From Bdellovibrionia bacterium (GTDB taxonomy: Bacteria; Bdellovibrionota; UBA1018): a stretch of DNA of 23,963 bases. Location: positions 1 to 23,963 of the forward strand of contig JBJMMA010000065.1 in assembly GCA_045805065.1 (NCBI GenBank). The letters are read 5' to 3'. Below, in pieces: positions 9,606 to 17,372 of this stretch (positions within the stretch are counted from its first letter, which is position 1; every line of letters starts with the position of its first letter). A program made the translations under genes and the position numbers. The notes beneath the pieces are model-generated. The model had not been told where the DNA came from. It saw only the letters and a program-made list of their open reading frames with translations, and ran no database searches.

Positions 9606-9678
9606 ATTGCTGGAATTTTTGAAGTTTAGTGGGAATATGTGGCTGATTACAATACGTAAGTGAGAGTATGTAAAGAAT

Positions 9679-10797
9679 ATGCTCCTGGATCAGACATCAG
9701 AGGTCACAATCACATCAGATCGGCTTGCCACTACGAGAGGTAAGAGGGATTCCTTTATTGATGCCCTTAAAGGCGTCGCGATTCTTACAGTTGTTCTTGG
9801 ACATACGCTGCAGATGCTAGTCCCTGATTTTGACCATCACATTCTGTATCGTCTGATTTACTCCGTGCACATGCCGTTCTTTATGTTCCTGAGTGGATTC
9901 GTGGCGCTGCCTTCCATGATGAAGGCTGGTTTCGTGGAAACCGTTCGGAATAAATTCCTCAGACTTGTTGTCCCCTTTTTGAGCTGGTACTTCATTGTCG
10001 GTTATTTGTTTCTAGGGCTGGTGTGTCATGGAAGCGCTGGTGACATTACCTTCGGAGAGCATGTGATTCGCTTGGCCAAAGCCCCGGACTGGGGGCTCTG
10101 GTTTCTCTGGGAGCTGTTTCTTTGTGATCTGGTGCTTGCTTTAGTCGTGGCAGGAAAAAAACGGTTCAATCTGAAAATGGCAGGTTTTACTGCTGCTTTG
10201 ATCATCGCGACTGTGCTTTTCGGATTGCAGCCCCGAAGCGGGCTTGGCCTTGCCCTTTTGCGTTGGCACTTGCCATTTTTTAGCGCAGGTGTCCTGCTGC
10301 ATCTCTATCGGGAACAGTTGATAGTAGTGAAACGCTATTGGGTAGAGCTCAGTCTGCTGGCTTATCCTGTCTTGTTCAGTTTCTGGATGAGGACGGAGTC
10401 GCCTTCCTTTCTGGTCAAAGGTATAGGAGATTTGACGTTACTTCTTGCCTTAGTCGAGAAGCTATTCCGTTATGCTACTGCATTTACCGGTATTACGGTG
10501 ATCTGGATCGCGATGAAGTCATTGGTGCAGACAAAGTTATCGTCAGGACTAGCTAAACTGGGACAATACTCTTTGGATATCTACGCCCTTCATTTTTATT
10601 TCTTAGGCACTCTGGCTATAGCAAGTTCCTCACTGGAGGCGGGAAAGCAAACGCAGGGAAGTATGATATCGGTGCTTTTAAGCACTGTGGCTGCTTTGGT
10701 CATTTCTCTTACCTTGTCGTTCTGCCTATTCAGAAAAAGCCGTGTGCTGTCTTGGTTATTTCTCGGCATCAAGAGCGGCCGCTCGCAAATTGCTTAA
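9679..10797 (+). CDS. Acyltransferase family 3 (OafA/NolL-like membrane O-acyltransferase)
   Basis: RDSFIDALKGVAILTVVLGH, HMPFFMFLSG, LWFL and GQYSLDIYALH, with multiple hydrophobic transmembrane segments. Confidence 0.9.
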   Translation: MLLDQTSEVTITSDRLATTRGKRDSFIDALKGVAILTVVLGHTLQMLVPDFDHHILYRLIYSVHMPFFMFLSGFVALPSMMKAGFVETVRNKFLRLVVPFLSWYFIVGYLFLGLVCHGSAGDITFGEHVIRLAKAPDWGLWFLWELFLCDLVLALVVAGKKRFNLKMAGFTAALIIATVLFGLQPRSGLGLALLRWHLPFFSAGVLLHLYREQLIVVKRYWVELSLLAYPVLFSFWMRTESPSFLVKGIGDLTLLLALVEKLFRYATAFTGITVIWIAMKSLVQTKLSSGLAKLGQYSLDIYALHFYFLGTLAIASSSLEAGKQTQGSMISVLLSTVAALVISLTLSFCLFRKSRVLSWLFLGIKSGRSQIA

Positions 10798-10837
10798 GAA
10801 TGTGAGACTAGTTTAGAGACTTCCAATAAAGATCATT

Positions 10838-11764
10838 ATGTCATCTACAAAGACCATCTCAGTACTCATTCCTACTCTAGGTCGCGACAAAGAAGTTCGC
10901 GATACGATTCAAGCACTGCTCAATCAGACGCGAGTGCCGGACGAGATCGTGGTGGTCGACCAGAATGCGGACGATTTTCCAGAACTCGATAAGTATCTGG
11001 ACTCGCTGCCGCTTGTTAAGCATGTGAAGTCAGATACTCTGGGTCTTGGTTTCAATGCCAACGTTTGTCTGGCGCATGCAACGAGTGACATCGTGCTTTA
11101 TCTTGATGATGACATTACGCCGGATCCCCGCCTTGTTGAGATGCACCTCGAGAATTACGAAAAGCTTGAAAAGGATGATCCTCATTTCGGCGGCGTCGCG
11201 GGTCGAGTGGAGCAACCTTCGGGTGATCCTGATCCCAAGACCATTAAAAGAGTAGGGGTTTTTCACCGGCTATCGGGCACGATTACGGCGCGTTTTAATG
11301 CGATCGAGCGCCATGAAGTGGATATTGCTCCAGGTGGAAACATGTCGTTTTATCGCCATATTTTGAACAAAATTGACGGTTGCGATCTGGGCTTTGCTGG
11401 AAACAGCTACTTTATCGATACCGACTGCGCTCTCAGAGTAAAGCAGGCTGGATATCGCATCGTGTTCGATCCACGTGCAACGCTGAAGCATCTGATGGCG
11501 CCAGCAGGTGGCTGCCGAACTCGAACAAAGTCAGATCACACTTTTTATTTTGTAAAAAATGGAGTTCGCGTTTTTCGCAGGCATACTCCCGCTTGGGCGA
11601 GGTCCTATTGCTATTTAAGGCTTACGCTCTATATTTTTGCCAAAGCCCTTTATAACCGGGACTTCGGAATCTTGAAGAAAAGCCTTCAGGCTCTTTTTGA
11701 AGGCATGACGCAGTCAATGGACGTTCAAGGAGTGAGGTCGCTTCCTGAGCGGGCGAAGCCTTAA
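10838..11764 (+). CDS. Glycosyltransferase family 2
   Basis: ISVLIPTLGR, VVVDQN, LYLDDD and GGNMSFYR. Confidence 0.88.
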   Translation: MSSTKTISVLIPTLGRDKEVRDTIQALLNQTRVPDEIVVVDQNADDFPELDKYLDSLPLVKHVKSDTLGLGFNANVCLAHATSDIVLYLDDDITPDPRLVEMHLENYEKLEKDDPHFGGVAGRVEQPSGDPDPKTIKRVGVFHRLSGTITARFNAIERHEVDIAPGGNMSFYRHILNKIDGCDLGFAGNSYFIDTDCALRVKQAGYRIVFDPRATLKHLMAPAGGCRTRTKSDHTFYFVKNGVRVFRRHTPAWARSYCYLRLTLYIFAKALYNRDFGILKKSLQALFEGMTQSMDVQGVRSLPERAKP

Positions 11765-11781
11765 TCAGGCTGGAGAATCTT

Positions 11782-12879
11782 GTGGGTAAGTTCTTTCGCA
11801 TCCTCTGGGTCGCACCCGAAGAAAAAGGCGGCATTCGCTCTTACACGGAAGCTCTCTGGCCCAGCATGAAGAAAGCTTGGTCCGGCGATGCGATGGACCC
11901 TGTGTATCGATTGCCGGAAATTGAAGAGCTTGAGCGCTGGCAGCCGGATCTCATCCACGTTCAGCATGAGTTTGGCCTTTTCGGATCCAAGATCCCTGGT
12001 TTTTATCAGTTTCCAGCATGGCTCAAAAAAGTTCGCAAAGCGCTTCCGCATGCCAAGGTTGTTGCAACGGCACATTCAGTTTTGGGGCGGGATTATCAGT
12101 ATCCTTGGCGAGGCAGGGGTGTTCAGGCGCCGCTTCGTTTGATCGCTAACTACACTGCGGTTCCATTGATGCGGCGAACCTGGCTCGAGGGAACTTGGAG
12201 CAAGCTTCACGGAGTCATTGTTCACTCCAAGTCGCAGGTGGAGACTGTTCGTCAGGCAGGATGCCAACGTGTTTCTGAGATTCCGCATTTTGTGCCGGAG
12301 CGCTCGCCGATTTATCATCATGAGCCTGCGACACCTCCTGAGATTTTGGTTTTTGGATATCTCACCCCCGAAAAGGGATCAGATATCGCGATCGATGCGA
12401 TGAAGCATGTCAAAGTTCCTGCAAAGCTTGTCATGGCGGGGGGGCTTCGGCGTGATGAGGATCGGGCGTATTTTGATTTGTGTGAGCAAAAGATCCGACA
12501 GAATCAGCTTTCTGATCGGGTGAAGATCACAGGGTTTGTTCCATCTGAATTGATGGATTCATATTTTGAGCGGGCATCATTGGTCCTTGTGCCATTCCGT
12601 GAGACTTCTGGCTCAGGTTCTATTGCTCAGGCGTTTTCCCGAGGCGCAGCGATCTTGGCTTCCGACCTTCCGCTCAATCGCGAAATGAATCTTAGACAGC
12701 CTGGATGTGTGGCGACTTTCAAATCAGAAGACGCAGAAGATTGCGCTCGGCAGATCGACCGGCTCCTGAACGATCAGGAGGCTTTAAAAGCTCTTCAGAT
12801 CAATTCCCAAGCCTATGCCGAGAAGTGCACCATTGATCAGACGATCCAGAAGCATCTCCAATTTTACCGCGGCATTTAA
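11782..12879 (+). CDS. Glycosyltransferase family 4 (GT-B)
   Basis: GGIRSYT, HVQHEFGLFG, FGYLTPEKG and SGSGSIAQAFSRGAAILASD; GTG start. Confidence 0.85.
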   Translation: MGKFFRILWVAPEEKGGIRSYTEALWPSMKKAWSGDAMDPVYRLPEIEELERWQPDLIHVQHEFGLFGSKIPGFYQFPAWLKKVRKALPHAKVVATAHSVLGRDYQYPWRGRGVQAPLRLIANYTAVPLMRRTWLEGTWSKLHGVIVHSKSQVETVRQAGCQRVSEIPHFVPERSPIYHHEPATPPEILVFGYLTPEKGSDIAIDAMKHVKVPAKLVMAGGLRRDEDRAYFDLCEQKIRQNQLSDRVKITGFVPSELMDSYFERASLVLVPFRETSGSGSIAQAFSRGAAILASDLPLNREMNLRQPGCVATFKSEDAEDCARQIDRLLNDQEALKALQINSQAYAEKCTIDQTIQKHLQFYRGI

Positions 12880-12906
12880 AACGCTTCGTGGTAGTTTGAG
12901 GCCAAG

Positions 12907-13833
12907 ATGGCAAATAAGGTTCTAGTCACAGGCGGAGCGGGCTTTATCGGCACGCATCTTTGCCGCGCTCTGATTCAAAGCGGGCGCAGCGTTCGGGTTC
13001 TTGATCTCAAGGACCCCGTCCAGGCGGTTCAGGGTGTCGACTATCAAAAAGGCGACGTGAGAGACGCTCAGGCGGTCAAGAAAGCAGTCCAAGGCGTCGA
13101 TGCCGTTTATCATCTGGCTGCAATCGCCAGTGTTCCGCTTTGCCAGGAGCAACCGTACGAGAGTACGCAAACCAATCTCGCCTCGACCGCGCTTATAATG
13201 GAAAATCTGAAGCCTGGAACGCGCTTTGTTTTCGCGGGCTCAAGCGCAGTTTATGGCGACTCAGGAAAAGAAGGCGAATCACTCGGCGAAAATCGCTCGA
13301 TCGAAAATCTCGCGTCTTTTTACGCCGCTCAAAAATTTGGTTCAGAAACGCTGATTCAGCAGTTTCAAAAGAGCCACGGGATTCCTTCCGTTGTTTTCCG
13401 GTTTTTCAATGTTTTCGGCCCGGGACAAGATCCCAAGAGCCCTTACACTGGCGTGATCACCGCTTTTTCTGAGGCGATCAAAGCAGGAAGACCTCTTCGC
13501 CTGAACGGCGGGGGAGTGCAGACTCGCGATTTTATCTCAGTTCATGACGTGGTGAGAGGGCTGATCCTGGCAATCGAAGCGCCTGTCAGCGCTTGCGATG
13601 CTCAACCGATCAACCTGGGGACAGGCCAATCCGTCACGATTCGAAAGCTGGCTGAGACGATGAAAGCGGTTTCAAACTCGCAGGTTTCTCTTGAAGACGC
13701 ACCGTGGCGAGAGGGTGATGTTCGCCATTCAACCGCTAAAATCGGTCGAGCATTTGAGAAACTGGGCTGGAAACCGTCCATTTCACTCGAAAAAGGGCTG
13801 AAAGAACTTCTCAATCCAGCTATAACGCCCTAA
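12907..13833 (+). CDS. NAD-dependent nucleotide-sugar epimerase/dehydratase (extended SDR; GalE/WbpP-like)
   Basis: VLVTGGAGFIG, HLAA, SSAVYG, YAAQK (YxxxK), RFFNVFGPGQDP and TRDF. Confidence 0.92.
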   Translation: MANKVLVTGGAGFIGTHLCRALIQSGRSVRVLDLKDPVQAVQGVDYQKGDVRDAQAVKKAVQGVDAVYHLAAIASVPLCQEQPYESTQTNLASTALIMENLKPGTRFVFAGSSAVYGDSGKEGESLGENRSIENLASFYAAQKFGSETLIQQFQKSHGIPSVVFRFFNVFGPGQDPKSPYTGVITAFSEAIKAGRPLRLNGGGVQTRDFISVHDVVRGLILAIEAPVSACDAQPINLGTGQSVTIRKLAETMKAVSNSQVSLEDAPWREGDVRHSTAKIGRAFEKLGWKPSISLEKGLKELLNPAITP

Positions 13834-13855
13834 TCCGCACAAAGGAATCCCACAT

Positions 13856-14596
13856 ATGAACACCACCCCAAACGCCAAAAACCTCAAGATCCACGTTTAT
13901 GCTGACGGCGCCAATAAAGACGCTATTCTCAAGCGCGCGCAAGAAGGCTTTGTGAAGGGCTTTACGACCAACCCAAGCCTGATGGCCAAGGCCGGCGTGA
14001 AAGATTACGCGGGCTTTGCTAAGTCGCTGCTCGCTGAGCTCAAGACGCACCCGATCTCCTTTGAAGTCTTCTCGGATGACTTTGAGCAGATGGAAAAAGA
14101 GGCGATGATCATCAACTCTTGGAATACGTTTGGCGGTAATAACGTTTACGTCAAAATTCCGGTCATCAATTCGGAGAACAAGTCTTCGGCTCCGTTGATC
14201 CGCCGCTTGCTCGATAAGAAGCTTAAGCTCAACATCACGGCGATCTTTACGATGGAACAACTCGATGCGCTTCGCGCTGTGTTGAAGCCTGAGGACGATG
14301 TGTTGGTTTCGCTTTTTGCAGGACGACTTGCAGATAACGGCTGGGACCCATTGCCGCTGGTGCGCAAAGCGGTGGCAGATTTCAAGCCTTTCCCAAAGGC
14401 GCAGATCCTTTGGGCAAGCACGCGCGAAGTCTACAATGTGTATCAAGCCGAAGAACTGGGCTGCCACATCATTACGGCACCTGACGACATTATCGGCAAG
14501 TTGATGACCGTCGGTGTTAAATCGGCAGAAGATCTGTCGATCGACACGGTGAAAACTTTCTTGAAAGACTCCAAGTCCGCGGGCTTGAGTCTGTAA
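13856..14596 (+). CDS. tal: Transaldolase, short (TalC/FSA-subfamily) type
   Basis: YADG, GFTTNPSLM, ISFEV, YVKIP (Schiff-base Lys), SLFAGR and WASTRE. AAAGGA SD upstream. Confidence 0.88.
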   Translation: MNTTPNAKNLKIHVYADGANKDAILKRAQEGFVKGFTTNPSLMAKAGVKDYAGFAKSLLAELKTHPISFEVFSDDFEQMEKEAMIINSWNTFGGNNVYVKIPVINSENKSSAPLIRRLLDKKLKLNITAIFTMEQLDALRAVLKPEDDVLVSLFAGRLADNGWDPLPLVRKAVADFKPFPKAQILWASTREVYNVYQAEELGCHIITAPDDIIGKLMTVGVKSAEDLSIDTVKTFLKDSKSAGLSL

Positions 14597-14634
14597 TCCA
14601 CTAGGCACGAAACGTAGAAAGGCCTAACGCTATT

Positions 14635-15192
14635 ATGAACATTCAGAACGGCAAAGTTGTAGATCTTAAGTATCGTCTCAAAAACACGGCAGGTGAGGTT
14701 CTGGATGAATCTGACGCGAAGGATCCTTTCAGCTACCTGCACGGCGCGCAACAGATCGTTCCAGGTCTTGAGAACGCGCTCTCCGGCCTCAAGGTCGGCG
14801 ATAAGAAAGACGTCACCGTGGCTCCAAAAGATGGCTACGGCGAAATCAATCCAACCCTCAAGATGAGCGTCAAGCGCGCGCAGTTCCCAAAGGGCGTTGA
14901 GCTTGAAGAAGGCATGTCCTTCGAAGCAGCCGGCGGCGATGGCGTTGGAATGGTCTTCACGATCGAAAAGATCGAAGGCGACGATATTCACCTCGATGGC
15001 AATCACCCGCTCGCAGGTCAGACTCTCCATTTCTCTGTGGAAGTCCTGAACGTTCGCGATGCAACGGAAGAAGAAATGGAGCACGGTCACGCTCACGGCC
15101 CGCATGGACATGGCCACGACCATGATCATGAGCACGGCGAAGATTGCGATCATGACCACGGTGATGACGACGGCCACGGCCACCTTCACTAA
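14635..15192 (+). CDS. slyD: FKBP-type peptidyl-prolyl cis-trans isomerase SlyD
   Basis: YLHGAQQIVPGLENAL, GYGE and DGNHPLAGQTLHFSVEV, plus a His/Asp-rich metal-binding tail. Confidence 0.95.
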   Translation: MNIQNGKVVDLKYRLKNTAGEVLDESDAKDPFSYLHGAQQIVPGLENALSGLKVGDKKDVTVAPKDGYGEINPTLKMSVKRAQFPKGVELEEGMSFEAAGGDGVGMVFTIEKIEGDDIHLDGNHPLAGQTLHFSVEVLNVRDATEEEMEHGHAHGPHGHGHDHDHEHGEDCDHDHGDDDGHGHLH

Positions 15193-15221
15193 AAATTAAG
15201 CTCACAAACTAACGCAAAGCT

Positions 15222-15273
15222 GCCGGCCCAAGTACTGCAGAAAAGCTGCAGGCCCTTGGGCCGGTTGTTTTTT
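15222..15273 (+). terminator. Probable intrinsic terminator after slyD
   Basis: Stem GCCGGCCCAAG (15222-15232) / CTTGGGCCGGT (15255-15265) with an inner CTGCAG/CTGCAG stem, followed by TTTTTT (15268-15273). Confidence 0.65.
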
Positions 15274-15297
15274 AAACACACTCAGGAGAAAAACGTC

Positions 15298-15615
15298 ATG
15301 AAGGCTTTTTTGACTCAGAGTCTGCTTTGCTCGGTTTTGGCGCTCTCATTGTTTGGCGCAGCGCCCTCGGCGCACGCTTTTCCAAATGCCAAGGAAATGC
15401 AGGCCAATTACGAAGCTTGCGAGCAAACTGATTTAAGCTGGTCGCGTCGTTGGGGACAGTATGTCGTGGCCTTTGATTTTGATGAAGCATCCCGTATCTG
15501 CCGCGAGCAGCTCTGGTCAGAGTTGGGCTGGCGCACTGAGCCGGAGCTGATGAGCTGCAAAGTGAACGGCCGATGGATCTGGGCCGGTTACTTCTGCCGC
15601 GAAATCTACAGCTAA
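15298..15615 (+). CDS. Small secreted hypothetical protein
   Basis: AGGAG SD at 15284-15288 before ATG 15298. Signal peptide ends SAHA-F; the mature part has 4 Cys and several Trp. Confidence 0.7.
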   Translation: MKAFLTQSLLCSVLALSLFGAAPSAHAFPNAKEMQANYEACEQTDLSWSRRWGQYVVAFDFDEASRICREQLWSELGWRTEPELMSCKVNGRWIWAGYFCREIYS

Positions 15616-15670
15616 TTTGTCATCCGGTATTCGTCATAAGCTGCCTGCTCAGGCGGTCTAGTATTTGAAC

Positions 15671-16159
15671 ATGCAGTCACTTATGACGAATCCAGTTACC
15701 TTTCAGAGATGGGCCGGGATTTCTTTACTCGGTCGTGTTTTGCTTTCGGCGATTTTCATCATCAGCGGCCTAAGTAAAATCGGAAACTTTGGCGCTACCC
15801 GGGACTTACTCGTCTCGCACGGCGTGCCGGTTGCCGGCCTCTTCGTTTTCTTGTCCCTCGTCATCGAAGTCGCGGCAGGCGTCCTTGTTCTGATTGGTCT
15901 TCAAGGTCGAATCAGTGCGATGATTCTGATGGCGTATCTGATCCCAGTGACTTTGGTCATGCATAACTTCTGGGCCTATGTGGGCCCCGAGCATCAGATG
16001 CAGCTGGTGAACTTCTTAAAGAACATCTCGATCATGGGCGGTCTTTCGCAAATTGCAGCGATGGGCCCGGGCCCAATCAGCATCGATCAATCGCGCTATC
16101 ACAGGGGCTGGAGCTCGGACGCGCGCGATCCTTCATCAAGGCTGCGCAGAGTTTCCTGA
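15671..16159 (+). CDS. DoxX family membrane protein
   Basis: LLGRVLLSAIFIISGLSKI, HNFW, FLKNISIMGGL and GPGPISID. Start uncertain (15665/15671/15683). Confidence 0.9.
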   Translation: MQSLMTNPVTFQRWAGISLLGRVLLSAIFIISGLSKIGNFGATRDLLVSHGVPVAGLFVFLSLVIEVAAGVLVLIGLQGRISAMILMAYLIPVTLVMHNFWAYVGPEHQMQLVNFLKNISIMGGLSQIAAMGPGPISIDQSRYHRGWSSDARDPSSRLRRVS

Positions 16160-17230
16160 TAAGAGCCCCTGAGATTTCAAGAAAGGCTCGAGCTCGGAGA
16201 GGATCCAATTCACATGCGAGAAGGTGATGCTCCCATGCGGCGTCTTGAGGTCCTGATTGAAGGTGACCGTTTTGGCAAAGCCATTAAGAGCAATACCTTC
16301 GGCAAAGGCCTCGTTTTGATCAGGATCAACGACGATATCATGCTTGTTGTTGAAAAGGAGGAGGGGCGCCTTGAAAGCCTCTCCCCAAGCGCGGGATTTG
16401 TTGAGCTCCTTGCGACCCCACTGTTCTTCGATCACGTCTTGAGTGGGTTCTTGAGCCAAAAAGGCAAGAGCCGCACCGCGGATCTCCTTCACTTGGCAAC
16501 CTGACGATGGCGCAATGATCCGGTTATGAAGATCCTTGGGATCGACGCCATAGATTTTCAAAAGTCCGGGGTAGTCAGCGACATTGGCAATTCCATGCTG
16601 GCTCACGCACGCACCGGTTTGAACGAGATTCGATACGCGAATCGCTGGCTCGACCAGGATCGCTGCTGCAACGGCATCTGGATACTTGATTCCCAAATAA
16701 GCCGAAAGTGCTCCGCCGGTGGAGTGTCCAACCAAAATCACGCGATCGCCCAGGGCGCGCGCAAGTCGTATGGCGCGCTCGGCCTCTTCGATCCAATCCT
16801 GATAGTTCACTTCGTTTGCAAGCTCGTTGGTCTGGCCAAGGCCTGCTAAGACGACGTTCAAAACCGGAATCCCGTGCTTGGCAAGCCACGCAGCCTCCGG
16901 CGCAAGCTGACGCCCGTCTTCAAACATCCCGTGCATGAGAAGCGCAACCGTGGGAACGCGAGTGGGGGCCAGGGTATATTCGCACTGACCCCAATAAGGG
17001 CTTGGGCCCGAAAGGTCTGGGTGTTCCGCGCGTGCGAGATCCAAGGCTACACAGCTTTCTTGAATGACCTGCTGAGCCTTCTCAAAACAAGTGGTTGGCC
17101 AAGTGGCGGGATTATCCGTGCAGTGAAAATCAGGAAGAACCGCTATCGGATGGGAAACGCCCACCGGATCAGCCATGGCCACGGAGGTGAAAAGCGCGAG
17201 AAGGGGCATCAGAGCAAGGCGACGTTTCAT
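16136..17230 (-). CDS. Secreted alpha/beta-hydrolase (carboxylesterase/lipase-like)
   Basis: Signal peptide MKRRLALMPLLALFTSVAMA from ATG 17230. HGMF oxyanion motif, GHSTGG nucleophile elbow, and candidate Asp (HDIVVD) and His (TPHG). Confidence 0.82.
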   Translation of the reverse strand: MKRRLALMPLLALFTSVAMADPVGVSHPIAVLPDFHCTDNPATWPTTCFEKAQQVIQESCVALDLARAEHPDLSGPSPYWGQCEYTLAPTRVPTVALLMHGMFEDGRQLAPEAAWLAKHGIPVLNVVLAGLGQTNELANEVNYQDWIEEAERAIRLARALGDRVILVGHSTGGALSAYLGIKYPDAVAAAILVEPAIRVSNLVQTGACVSQHGIANVADYPGLLKIYGVDPKDLHNRIIAPSSGCQVKEIRGAALAFLAQEPTQDVIEEQWGRKELNKSRAWGEAFKAPLLLFNNKHDIVVDPDQNEAFAEGIALNGFAKTVTFNQDLKTPHGSITFSHVNWILSELEPFLKSQGLLSGNSAQP

Positions 17231-17372
17231 ACCCTTAAGGGTATCGCCGTCCGCTTGGGGAAACAAGGCAGGGCGAGTGAAACTGGTGCCAGCACTTGAC
17301 TCAGGGCATTAACGTAAAAAGTCGTGCGCTACCAAGCGTCTAAACTCTTTTTTCTTTTGCGACGCACTGTTA

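Noticed and set aside
13820..15189. 262-aa and 248-aa minus-strand ORFs opposite tal and slyD
   Set aside because: These are antisense shadows. The hydrophobic V/M-rich N-terminus of the 248-aa ORF is just the reverse complement of SlyD's His/Asp tail.
15081..15189. Low-complexity CAC/GAT/GGC repeats
   Set aside because: They encode the normal His-rich SlyD tail and are not a DNA repeat array.
17231..17372. Possible T-box or attenuator upstream of valS (T-rich tract near 17346-17358)
   Set aside because: There is no T-box consensus or convincing terminator stem, and the space is short and shared with a divergent gene.
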